Assembly: GCA_040508235.1 (NCBI GenBank)
Contig: JBEVNG010000374.1
Span: 1 to 46,173, forward strand
Origin: Polyangiales bacterium
GTDB taxonomy: Bacteria; Myxococcota_A; Polyangia; Polyangiales; DASUME01
Length of the DNA: 46,173 nucleotides
Reading direction: 5' to 3'
Shown: piece after piece, positions 33,527-42,396 of the stretch
How the letters are laid out: each line of letters opens with the position of its first letter
Position numbering within the stretch: the stretch's first letter is position 1
The notes under the pieces: model-generated
What the model saw: only the letters and a program-made list of their open reading frames with translations
Database searches by the model: none
Told to the model about the DNA's origin: nothing
Program-made: the position numbers and the translations under genes

Positions 33527-34158
33527 AGCGCGCCGGCTACACGCTGATCGAGGTGATGACGGCGGTGGTGGTGATGACCATCGGCGCCAGCGGCATCGTC
33601 GCCATGCAGGGCGCGGCGGTGCGTGCGAACCAGGACGCCAACGAGACCACCAACGCGGTCAACTTCGCGAGCACCTGGATCGAGCGCATCAAGCGCGACG
33701 GGCGGCGCTGGAACGCGACCGGCAGCGCGGACCTCGCGAACACCCAGTGGCTGCAGAGCGCGCTCACCAACCCGGCCACCCCGCCCTGGTTCGTGCCGAC
33801 CTCCCTGCTCGCTCCCGAGCAGCCGGCGGCCGACCTGTACGGCTACGACACGTCGAGCGAGTTCATCACCCAGAACAACGGCGACCCGCTGGCGAACTTC
33901 TGCGTGAACCTGCGCATGACGGTGGTGCAGTCGCTGAACCCGCTGAACAGCTTCAACCCCGCCAGCGAGGCCAACGCCGTGCGTGCGGACGTGCGCGTGT
34001 GGTGGTTCCGCAATGCCAGCGACACCGATCGCTCGTCGCGTACCTGCCGCAGCGGCGTGCTCACGGCGCAAGAGCTCGACAGCCCCGGCACCTCGTGGCG
34101 CTTCCGCAAGACGTACCTCTCGAACGTGGTCGGCTGGAGGGCCGTGGGATGGCCATGA
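33523..34158 (+). CDS. pilV: Type IV minor pilin, PilV-like
   Basis: MKRAG/YTLIEVMTAVVVMTIGASG prepilin motif. ATGA overlap with the upstream stop. Confidence 0.7.
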   Translation: MKRAGYTLIEVMTAVVVMTIGASGIVAMQGAAVRANQDANETTNAVNFASTWIERIKRDGRRWNATGSADLANTQWLQSALTNPATPPWFVPTSLLAPEQPAADLYGYDTSSEFITQNNGDPLANFCVNLRMTVVQSLNPLNSFNPASEANAVRADVRVWWFRNASDTDRSSRTCRSGVLTAQELDSPGTSWRFRKTYLSNVVGWRAVGWP

Positions 34159-35459
34159 ACGCGGCCGTGCACAAGCGCGCGGGCTTCACGCTGGTGGAGC
34201 TGATGATCGCGATGATCGCCGGCGCCTTCGCGGTGGCGGGCGTGTATTACCTGAACGGCGTCAGCGCGCGCTCGTACGCGCAGCAGATGGCGGTCTCGGA
34301 CGCGCAGATGTCGCTGCGCTCGGCGATGGAGCAGCTCCGTCGTGACGTCGCGCGCGCGGGCTACCTGGCGGCGCCGAGCACCGCGCTGCTGCGCACCTGC
34401 GATGGAGCGCTCGCCGGCAACGGCGCCACCGTCAACACGTCGCACCAGTTCCAGGCGCTGGCGGTGGGCACCTCCGCGCTCGGTGGCAGCCTGCGCTACA
34501 ACCCGGACGTCAACGGCAGCAACGGCACGCAGGTGGCGGCGCTGCTCGGCGGCAACCGCGTGGCCAGCGACGACCTGACCATGTTCGGCAACTTCGCGAC
34601 GCCGGACGCGTACCTGGCGGACTCGCACGCCAGCACGGCCTCCGTCATCACGCTGCAGGCCGATCGCGAGGCGTTCCGCCGCAGCTTCTTCACGCCGTCG
34701 GCCAACAACGCCCCCGCGGTCTCCGCGCCGGCCGAGTTCGAGAACGTGTTCCGGCCCGGCCGCATGCTGCGCGTCGAGGTCGGCGGGCACTTCTTCTTCC
34801 GCCAGATCTCGGCGCGCCAGTGGGTGCCGCCCGGGGTGCCGACGATCACGCTCGCGACCGCGCTGCCCACCTGCGCCGAGAACACGCAGTGGATGGCCGT
34901 GGCGCCGGTCTCTCGCATTCACTACGGCCTGGAGTCGGACCTCACCGCCGACTTCTCGCGCTTGCGCGGCGACGCCAGCTTGCCGGGCTCGCGCCGCGCG
35001 ATGTTGGTGCGACGCGAGGAGACCACCAACAGCCTGCCGCCGCCGGCCGCGCCGCAGATCGCCACCGGTGGCTTCAGCGGCTCGGTGATCGCGATCCCGA
35101 ACAGCGCGCGCGTCGTGCTCGACTACGCGGTCGAGTTCGGCATCTCCGCGGTGCGCAACACCAACACGGTCGTCGGCGGGCGACCGGTCTGGCAGCACGC
35201 GATCACGCCCGCCGAGATGGAGGCGCTCAACCGCTCGCCCGGCGACTTCCGCTCGCTGATCGTGACCATCTCGTCGCGCGCGTCCGAGGTCGACCCGCGG
35301 CTCGGTCCGGTGGGCGGAACGCGACGGATGCCGGCCACCAACATCCTCGGCGACCCGCTGCTCACGTTCAACGTGATCGACCCCAACTTCTCGGCCCTCA
35401 CCACCCTCCAGGCTCGCGTGCGCACGATGCGCTCCGAGATCTTCCTGCACAATCTATGA
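34155..35459 (+). CDS. pilW: Type IV minor pilin, PilW-like
   Basis: MNAAVHKRAG/FTLVELMIAMIAGAF prepilin motif and a size (434 aa) typical of PilW. ATGA overlap. Alternative ATG at 34149. Confidence 0.7.
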   Translation: MNAAVHKRAGFTLVELMIAMIAGAFAVAGVYYLNGVSARSYAQQMAVSDAQMSLRSAMEQLRRDVARAGYLAAPSTALLRTCDGALAGNGATVNTSHQFQALAVGTSALGGSLRYNPDVNGSNGTQVAALLGGNRVASDDLTMFGNFATPDAYLADSHASTASVITLQADREAFRRSFFTPSANNAPAVSAPAEFENVFRPGRMLRVEVGGHFFFRQISARQWVPPGVPTITLATALPTCAENTQWMAVAPVSRIHYGLESDLTADFSRLRGDASLPGSRRAMLVRREETTNSLPPPAAPQIATGGFSGSVIAIPNSARVVLDYAVEFGISAVRNTNTVVGGRPVWQHAITPAEMEALNRSPGDFRSLIVTISSRASEVDPRLGPVGGTRRMPATNILGDPLLTFNVIDPNFSALTTLQARVRTMRSEIFLHNL

Positions 35460-36112
35460 ACCAGCGTCGTCAGCTCAGAGCTCGCAAGCGGCAGCGCCAA
35501 CAGGGCGCGGCGCTGTTGATCGTGTTGTTCGTGCTGCTGATGGCGACCACCACCGCGGTGTACTCGCTGTCGAGCACGCAGTTCGAGGTGCGCGCGGCCG
35601 GTGCGTTGCACCAGGCGATGCGCGCCAAGTTCGTGTCGGAGGCGGCGGCCACCGCCGTGGTCACGCTGTGCCAGCAGAAGGGCACCGGCAGCTGCGTCGA
35701 CCAGCGCAACGCGTTCGGCAACCTGAACGGGCAGCTCCGGCAGACCTACGCGCTGCCCGACTGGCAGGCCGAGACCGTGTACGCGCTGACGCCGGCCAAC
35801 TTCCAAAACAACGGCGCGTACAGCACCACGTTCGGCTTCGTGCCCGACGACCTCTCGATCTCCGGCTCGGACGTCGGTGGCTCGGGCGCCGCCAGCGGCT
35901 GGTCGCCGGACTTCCTGCTGGTCTACGAGCGCTGGGACATCCCGCGCATCAGCCAGGCCCCGATCACGCGCCTGGTGGTGTCGTCGTACGGCGCGCTCAA
36001 CTACGACGTGAATCGCGACGCCGTGGTCGACGACGTGCGTGGCACCAACGAAGAGCGTTTCGCGCACTCCACCATCAGCGCCACGCGCGCCTTCGTAGAA
36101 ATTCCGGAGTAG
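35456..36112 (+). CDS. pilX: PilX-like minor pilin / pilus assembly protein
   Basis: Basic N-terminus, then hydrophobic helix QQGAALLIVLFVLLMATTTAVY without Glu+5, as in the PilX N-terminal domain. ATGA overlap with the pilW-like stop. Confidence 0.6.
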   Translation: MNQRRQLRARKRQRQQGAALLIVLFVLLMATTTAVYSLSSTQFEVRAAGALHQAMRAKFVSEAAATAVVTLCQQKGTGSCVDQRNAFGNLNGQLRQTYALPDWQAETVYALTPANFQNNGAYSTTFGFVPDDLSISGSDVGGSGAASGWSPDFLLVYERWDIPRISQAPITRLVVSSYGALNYDVNRDAVVDDVRGTNEERFAHSTISATRAFVEIPE

Positions 36113-36120
36113 GAGCCCTC

Positions 36121-39100
36121 ATGCGACGTTCGAAGCTGTACCCCCTCGTCGCGCTGTCGCTGAGCGCACTCGTGCCTGAGGCCGCGTCCGCGCAGCTGCG
36201 CGACACGCAGTGGGTGCGTCCGGCGATGGTCTTGATGGTCGACACCTCCGGCTCGATGGAGCGCAAGGCGGACACATCGAGCTGCGTCGACTGCCTGCCC
36301 GCGTGCAACAACAGCGCGGCCGACGAGCGCAACCGCTGGGCGATCACGCTCGAGGCGCTGACCGGCACGTTCACCAATTACCGCTGCGTGAAGCGCGACC
36401 GCAGCGTCTACACGGGTCAGTACGACCAGGCGTACTTCCTGCCGCACTACGAGTTCACGATGGTGTCGCCGACCTTCCTGGTGCCCGCGGCCCAGGCGGC
36501 GGACGGCCTGCTCGACTCCTACAAGTCGCGCCTGAAGTTCGGCCTGATGACGTTCGACGGCGTCTCCACCACGGTCAACGGCGCCACGCTGGTGCCGTGG
36601 ACCACGTACAACGCGGTGAAGACGAACGTGCTCGGACAGCCGGGCCAGTACTCGTATCCGGACGCGGTGGCGAACCCCAACTCGTACGGCACCACGCCGA
36701 ACAACGCGTGGGGCTGGAAGCCGCTCTCGTTCCCGGGCTGCCTCGACTACTACGGCGTCAACGCCGGCGCGCGCGGCAAGGGCTTGACGCCCGGCTCGCT
36801 GATCTCGGTGGGCCTGGCGGATGACCAGACCTCGGTCGCGATCGTGAACGACAGCATCCAGAACTCGCTGCTGCAGGTGCGCCCGTACGCCGGTACGCCG
36901 ATCGCCGCGATGCTGGACGACCTGCGCTACTACCTGCGCAACGACACCGACATCAACAGCAACGACCCGTTCTACCAGTGCCGCGATCGCTACGCCGTGT
37001 TGCTCACGGACGGTGCACCCGACTCGATGTTCCGCGGCGGCAGCTTCAAGTGCGACTCGACCGCCAACGCCACCTGCGCGCCGAGCCCGGTAGACGGCGT
37101 GAACTCGTGCCAGTGCCCGTACGACACCGAGGTGAGCCTGGCCGGCAAGCTGATCAGCCAGGACAAGCTCAAGTCGATGTGGGTGGTCGCGTTCAACGTG
37201 AACGACACGGTCGCGCTGGCGGCGCTCGACAACATCGCGCTGGCGGCCGGTACCACGCAGGCGTTTCGCTCCAGCAACCTGGCGCAGCTGCGCTCCAACC
37301 TCGACACGATCATGAGCCAGGCCGAGCCGGACTCGACCTCGCGCTCGGTGCCGGTGGTGCTGAACACGGGTCGCGCCATCCAGGCCGCGGGCGGCAAGCA
37401 GTTCATCGTCAGCGCGGGCTTCAAGGTCGCCGCCACCGCGGACACGCCGTGGGAAGGCCGGCTCTACCGCCAGCGCGTGGAGTGCGTGAACGGCACGCCC
37501 GGCGAGCAGGATCTCGACAAGTCCAAGGGCGACATCTTCCACGAGACGCTCAACGACACCAACGGCGCGTCGCGCACCGTGTACACGGTGAAGCCGCTGG
37601 TCGCGAGCTCCAAGGGTACGGTGCTCGGACAGACCGCGACCTCGTTCATCGCCAACAAGACCAACTTGCTGCGGCCCAACGGCAGCACCTTCGGGTTGCT
37701 CACCGAGCTGTCGCTCGACTTCAGCCTGCTGCAGGCGAGCCAGGAGAGCGTGAGCTCCACGCCGGCGACCTTCGACAGCTCGATCTCGCCGCTCTACTTC
37801 GACGGCCTGATGAGCACGCGCGACAACATCAACTCGTTCGTACGCGGCCTCAACGGAACCTACCGCGCGTCGCACAAGCTGGGCGACATCTACCACTCGA
37901 ACCCGGTGGTGATCCCGCCCGTGTTCACCGGCAGCGATCTGCTCTCCAGCTACGACCCCACGCTGCGCAACTTCTACCAGAGCATCATCGACACCACCAA
38001 GAGCGCCAGCTCGTCGACGCCGTACTGGGGTCGCTACGGCGCGGGCGGTCGGCCCGGTGCGATCTTCGTCGCCACCAACGACGGCCTGCTGCACGCGTTC
38101 AACCTCGACGACTGGACGAACAAGGCGGGCACCAAGATCCCTGGCGGCACCGAGTTCTGGTCGTTCCTGCCGCCGGCCGCGTTCCCGATGATGCCGGCCG
38201 TGGCCTCGCCCTCGCACCAGTTCGTGTTCGACGGCACGCCGGTGGTGAAGGACCTGATCCTCAACCGCAACCAGAGCACGGGCGCGTCCACCGTCAGCAC
38301 GCTTTTGGTCGTGGGCATGCGCGGCTTGCCCGCGTACGTGGCGCTCGACGTGACCTGGCCGGAGTCGCCCAAGTTCCTGTGGCAGCGCTCGTTCGGCTTC
38401 CTGGGCAACACCACCGGCACGCCGCAGATGGCCAACGTGCGCCTCCGCTGGAACGGCGTCGATCAGATCCGCGCGGTGGCGATCCTGCCCGGCGGCGAGG
38501 GCTCCAGCAACGGCCTCTCGTGCCCGGTCAACGCCTACAACCGCGGCCTGCCGCCCAGCCCGGGCGCGCGCGACACCGTGCGCTGCTGGGGCCTGCCCGG
38601 CCGCAACCTGTACGTGGTCGACATGGAGACCGGCGAGCTGATCCAGGAGTTCGACGGCCGCCACTTCCCGTCGCCGGTGAACGGCGCGGTCGCGGTCGAC
38701 GGCGAGGGCCTGTCGGTCTCGCGCGCGGCGTACTTCACGGACGTCGACGGCGTGCTGTGGCGCCTCTCGATGGTCAACACCGATCCGAGCAAGTGGCGCG
38801 TCGTGCCGATCTGGGACATCTACGGCGGCGACGCGACCAACTTCTCGGGCAACACGGTGCAGACGGTGTCGCCGGCCTGGAAGATGGGCCGCACCGCGAC
38901 GTTCGCGCCGGTGCTCACGCGCGATCCGGTCACCGGCAACCTCACGATCGTCGTCGGCACGGGAGACGTCGACAACCTCACCGACCTCACCGCCAACCGC
39001 GTGGTGTCGATCAACGAGGTGCGCCAGTACGACGGCACCGGCGAGCTGTACGGGACCACGGCGCCGACGCTGAACTGGGCGCTGCAGCTCGACGCCGGCG

Positions 39101-39594
39101 AGTCGGTGACCGGCCCGATGGCGGTGCTCAACGACACGCTCTACTTCACCAGCTTCACCGGCCCGGGCAACAGCACCGACAAGTGCGCGATGGGCACCAG
39201 CCGCGTGATCGGCGCGCACCTGCGCAACAAGGAGAGCACGAACCTGCCGGTGGGCATGCTGAGCCCCGAGGCGGGCACCGGCGCCAACGTGCTGTTCTAT
39301 CGCCCCACCGGCGCGAACCTGAACTCGCTGCTGCTCGGCCTCTCGATCGCACGCGACCCGGTCTGCTACGCGGGCACGCCGCTGGCCGATCCGATCAACG
39401 CCTCGCTGCCCGGTCGTGCCCCGGCCACCGCCCCCACCGGCGGCAACTTCAAGGTGCGCTCGATGGTCGCCGGCGACGGCGGCGAGACGATCAAGGGCAG
39501 CAACACCTCGGACAACGGCCAAAAGCAGTACACGCGCACGTTGATGGTCCAACCCAGGGCAAGGAGCGTCGGATGGGCAACCTCGGTCGAGTGA
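36121..39594 (+). CDS. pilY1: PilY1-like type IV pilus tip adhesin / assembly protein with an N-terminal vWA domain
   Basis: ATG at 36121 after GGAGTAGGAG. Signal peptide. MIDAS-type MVDTSGSM. PilY1 propeller hallmark FVATNDGLLHAFNLDD...GTEFWSFLPP. 1157 aa. Confidence 0.85.
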   Translation: MRRSKLYPLVALSLSALVPEAASAQLRDTQWVRPAMVLMVDTSGSMERKADTSSCVDCLPACNNSAADERNRWAITLEALTGTFTNYRCVKRDRSVYTGQYDQAYFLPHYEFTMVSPTFLVPAAQAADGLLDSYKSRLKFGLMTFDGVSTTVNGATLVPWTTYNAVKTNVLGQPGQYSYPDAVANPNSYGTTPNNAWGWKPLSFPGCLDYYGVNAGARGKGLTPGSLISVGLADDQTSVAIVNDSIQNSLLQVRPYAGTPIAAMLDDLRYYLRNDTDINSNDPFYQCRDRYAVLLTDGAPDSMFRGGSFKCDSTANATCAPSPVDGVNSCQCPYDTEVSLAGKLISQDKLKSMWVVAFNVNDTVALAALDNIALAAGTTQAFRSSNLAQLRSNLDTIMSQAEPDSTSRSVPVVLNTGRAIQAAGGKQFIVSAGFKVAATADTPWEGRLYRQRVECVNGTPGEQDLDKSKGDIFHETLNDTNGASRTVYTVKPLVASSKGTVLGQTATSFIANKTNLLRPNGSTFGLLTELSLDFSLLQASQESVSSTPATFDSSISPLYFDGLMSTRDNINSFVRGLNGTYRASHKLGDIYHSNPVVIPPVFTGSDLLSSYDPTLRNFYQSIIDTTKSASSSTPYWGRYGAGGRPGAIFVATNDGLLHAFNLDDWTNKAGTKIPGGTEFWSFLPPAAFPMMPAVASPSHQFVFDGTPVVKDLILNRNQSTGASTVSTLLVVGMRGLPAYVALDVTWPESPKFLWQRSFGFLGNTTGTPQMANVRLRWNGVDQIRAVAILPGGEGSSNGLSCPVNAYNRGLPPSPGARDTVRCWGLPGRNLYVVDMETGELIQEFDGRHFPSPVNGAVAVDGEGLSVSRAAYFTDVDGVLWRLSMVNTDPSKWRVVPIWDIYGGDATNFSGNTVQTVSPAWKMGRTATFAPVLTRDPVTGNLTIVVGTGDVDNLTDLTANRVVSINEVRQYDGTGELYGTTAPTLNWALQLDAGESVTGPMAVLNDTLYFTSFTGPGNSTDKCAMGTSRVIGAHLRNKESTNLPVGMLSPEAGTGANVLFYRPTGANLNSLLLGLSIARDPVCYAGTPLADPINASLPGRAPATAPTGGNFKVRSMVAGDGGETIKGSNTSDNGQKQYTRTLMVQPRARSVGWATSVE

Positions 39595-40100
39595 TCGCGA
39601 TCGGCGCGCTGTTGGGCGCCTGCTCCAGGAACCCCGAGGGCGCGTCCGAGGCGCGCTCGACGGCGGTGCCACGCGCCAAGGCGGCCCTCGACAAGCCGGA
39701 GCACGATCCGCGCTTCGATGCCGAGGGCAACCTGCGCACGGGCTCGCTCAAGATCGGCTGGTTCGCGATCCCGATGGGCTTCGAGCGCGTGCCTGGCTCG
39801 ACCGAGCGCAGCGGCATCTACGAGGCCAGCGGCATCAGCCAGGAGCAGCTGCGCCGCTACGTCGATGCGCAGGGCCAGCCCAAGCAGGTGGACTCGATGG
39901 CGCACGGCGAGATCTACAAGCAGGTCGCGGCCGGCCACAGCAAGCTGCCGCTGCCGCCGGTCGACGTGACCGTGCTGGTGGTCGACGCCCGGGCCAGGCG
40001 CCTGCGGCTGGTGGTCGACGACCGGACCCCCACCGAGCCGGACCTGACCCCGCAGCAGGCGATGGAGAAGCTGGCGAAGGCGCGCGATCGCACGGAGTGA
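39573..40100 (+). CDS. Lipoprotein (hypothetical), start overlaps the pilY1 3' end
   Basis: ATG at 39573 preceded by AAGGAG, overlapping pilY1 by 22 nt. Lipobox VIAIGALLGAC. Confidence 0.65.
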   Translation: MGNLGRVIAIGALLGACSRNPEGASEARSTAVPRAKAALDKPEHDPRFDAEGNLRTGSLKIGWFAIPMGFERVPGSTERSGIYEASGISQEQLRRYVDAQGQPKQVDSMAHGEIYKQVAAGHSKLPLPPVDVTVLVVDARARRLRLVVDDRTPTEPDLTPQQAMEKLAKARDRTE

Positions 40101-40117
40101 GGTACAGTGCCGGCCCT

Positions 40118-40513
40118 ATGCGGCTGGTCTTGCTCTTGCTCTTCGCGACCTCTCTGGCGCACGCCGACGCGCCTGCCGTGGCGGAGCCCGAGGGGGACCT
40201 GCGCGCGAGGGTCGAGGCGCTGTGGCGGCTGCCCGCGCTGGAGGACGGAGTGCGGCGGCCGCTGGAGCTCGCGCGTGCCGCGCTGGAGCGCTCCCGGGCG
40301 GCGCCGGATGCCGCCACCAAGCTGCGCACCGAGGGGCTCGCGCGCGCGGCGGTCGAGCTGGCGGAGGCGCGCTTGCGGCTGGCCCGCGAGCGTCTGCTGC
40401 TGCGTGCGGCCCAGGCCCGGCGTGCCACCAGCTTCGCGGAGAAAGAGACCGCGCGCCGCGCGCTGGAGCGTGAGCGCGCCCGGCTCAACCAGCTGGAGCG
40501 CGGCAGCCCGTGA
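40118..40513 (+). CDS. Small secreted helical/coiled-coil protein (hypothetical)
   Basis: Signal MRLVLLLLFATSLAHADA. The rest is Ala/Arg/Glu/Leu-rich helix. The listed ORF begins at GTG 40097, which forms a GTGA overlap with the upstream stop. Confidence 0.55.
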   Translation: MRLVLLLLFATSLAHADAPAVAEPEGDLRARVEALWRLPALEDGVRRPLELARAALERSRAAPDAATKLRTEGLARAAVELAEARLRLARERLLLRAAQARRATSFAEKETARRALERERARLNQLERGSP

Positions 40514-41547
40514 ACAAGTGGCTCTTGCTGATCCTGACGATCATGGTGGGTGGCTGCGCCCTCGCCCAGCGCCACGCGCGCGACGCGGTCGACGAGACGC
40601 GGCTGAAAGAGGCACGCGCGGTGGAGGCCGAGCGGCGCGCCCCGGTGCCGTTCGCCAACTATCGCTCCGCGCAACAAAAGGCGCGCGCGCTCAAGCCCGA
40701 GACGCCCGAGCGCGATGACCACGAGGCCGAGGCGCGGCTGTGGCTGGAGACCGCGATCGCGATCGGCGAGCGCGAGGTGATGGCGGAGCAGCGGCTGGCC
40801 GAGGAGAAGGCGCAGCTGGAGATCGACGCCGTGCTGACGCCGCTGCTGCAGGAGCGCGCGGAGCTGGGCCGACGCACGGAGCTGCTGGCGGCGCGCGAGA
40901 TCGCGCGGGTCGAGGCCGAGCGCTCGCTCCATCGCGCGTCGCAGCGCACCGACCTGCGCGTGCGCATCCCGCGTGAAGAACAGAAGCGCACGGCCGACGC
41001 GCTGCTCAACCGCGCGGCCTTGATCGCGCTCACGCTGGAGACCGTGAAGCCCGGCTCGACCGGCCTGAACAAGCTGCGCGCGCAGCTCCAGCAAGCCGAG
41101 GCGCTGGCCAACAAGGAGCCGGATCTGGCGCTCGCGCGCGCGGACCAGACGTTGTTCTTCGCGCTGTCGCAGATGGCCGAGCTGCGTGGCGACGAGCCGC
41201 CCAGCGACGACGAGAAGTCCTCGCTGGCGGAGGAGCTGGCGCTGATCGGCGCCAAGGTCAGCCGCGGCGATCAGGGCCTGGGCGGCACGTTCGAGCGCGC
41301 GCTGTCCGGTCCCGGTCTGGCCGCGGATGCCGAGCGCTCGCTGGAGCGTCTGTGCGCGCTGACGCGCTCGCACATCAAGGGTCCGCTGCGGCTGTCCCCG
41401 CACGCCACCAGCGCGGCGCAGGGCGAGGCACGCGCACGCGCGGTCCGCACCAGCTTCACGCGCGCGGGCTGCACGGGTGCGCGCTTCGCCATCGTGGCCA
41501 CCGCCAGCGAGGACGACGCGCTGGAAGTGAACTTCCTCGCCTACTGA
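40510..41547 (+). CDS. Lipoprotein with long helical/coiled-coil regions (hypothetical)
   Basis: GTG at 40510 forms a GTGA overlap. Lipobox LLLILTIMVGGC. Heptad-like charged helices. Confidence 0.6.
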   Translation: MNKWLLLILTIMVGGCALAQRHARDAVDETRLKEARAVEAERRAPVPFANYRSAQQKARALKPETPERDDHEAEARLWLETAIAIGEREVMAEQRLAEEKAQLEIDAVLTPLLQERAELGRRTELLAAREIARVEAERSLHRASQRTDLRVRIPREEQKRTADALLNRAALIALTLETVKPGSTGLNKLRAQLQQAEALANKEPDLALARADQTLFFALSQMAELRGDEPPSDDEKSSLAEELALIGAKVSRGDQGLGGTFERALSGPGLAADAERSLERLCALTRSHIKGPLRLSPHATSAAQGEARARAVRTSFTRAGCTGARFAIVATASEDDALEVNFLAY

Positions 41548-42293
41548 TGGCGGTCGGGCGCTTCACGGCCTTTCGCGCGAAGGTCTACGACGAGAGCCCC
41601 TGGTACGCGCCGATCCGGGCGCTGCTGATCGAGCTGGAGCAGCACGGGCGCTTCCCAAGCGCGGACGAGCTGACGGCGCTGCATCAACGGCACGTCGAGG
41701 CGCGCGGACTGCCGGCGCTGCGCTTCGTGGAGGTGCCACGCAAGAAGCCACGCCGGAAGGGGCCGATCGACCCGAGCACGCTGTACGAGGGCCTGGTGAC
41801 CGTGCGCGGCGAGGTGCCGACGCGGCGCGACGACTGGCACGACCTGTTCAACGCGCTCGCGTTCCTGACCTTCCCGCGCGCCAAGCGGGCGCTGCACGCA
41901 CGCCAGTTCGCGATCCTGCGCGCGCGGCTGGAGCCGACCGCGACCAAGCTGCCCAACGCGCGCACACGCGAGCAAGACGCGCTGACGCTGTTCGACGAAG
42001 GCGGCCTGGTGGTGGCGAGCCCGGCGCCGATCGCGGACGCGGAGCTGGGCGAGGCGATGCGCGCCGGACGCGCGCGCGTGGTCCCGTTCGGTCACGCGCT
42101 GTACGAGCACATGGTCGCGCAGGCGCCCTGCCCGCTCGCCACCGTGCATGCCGTCTCGTTGCCCGCCAGCGTGGACCTGGATGCCCTGGACCGGGCGCTT
42201 GCGGACGCTCTGTCCGCGCCTAGCGCGTTCCTCGTGCCCAGTCCTGAACGCGGCACGTCGTTGCCCGCGCTGCTGAGCGCGCAAAACCCGTGA
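41547..42293 (+). CDS. DUF3025-like protein (hypothetical)
   Basis: ATG at 41547 shares one nucleotide with the upstream TGA (TGATG). WHDLFNALAFLTFPRAKRALHARQ resembles the DUF3025 family. No signal peptide. Confidence 0.6.
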   Translation: MAVGRFTAFRAKVYDESPWYAPIRALLIELEQHGRFPSADELTALHQRHVEARGLPALRFVEVPRKKPRRKGPIDPSTLYEGLVTVRGEVPTRRDDWHDLFNALAFLTFPRAKRALHARQFAILRARLEPTATKLPNARTREQDALTLFDEGGLVVASPAPIADAELGEAMRAGRARVVPFGHALYEHMVAQAPCPLATVHAVSLPASVDLDALDRALADALSAPSAFLVPSPERGTSLPALLSAQNP

Positions 42294-42351
42294 AATCCTT
42301 GTTCCCGTGGCGGGCGGCGGCTACGCTGGCCGACCCGTCGCACGTTTGCTC

Positions 42352-42372
42352 GCGCGCGGAGAAAACGCGCGC
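42352..42372 (+). terminator. Weak hairpin after the DUF3025-like gene
   Basis: GCGCGCG-gagaaaa-CGCGCGC followed by TTCG (only two T). Confidence 0.2.
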
Positions 42373-42396
42373 TTCGACGCACGCTGGAGTGTCCTC

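Noticed and set aside
36001-39672. 1223-aa ORF on the minus strand
   Set aside because: It is antisense to pilY1. The translation is Arg/Ala/Gly/Val-rich with no motif, signal peptide or SD, while the plus strand has clear vWA and PilY1 signatures. This is a typical high-GC shadow ORF.
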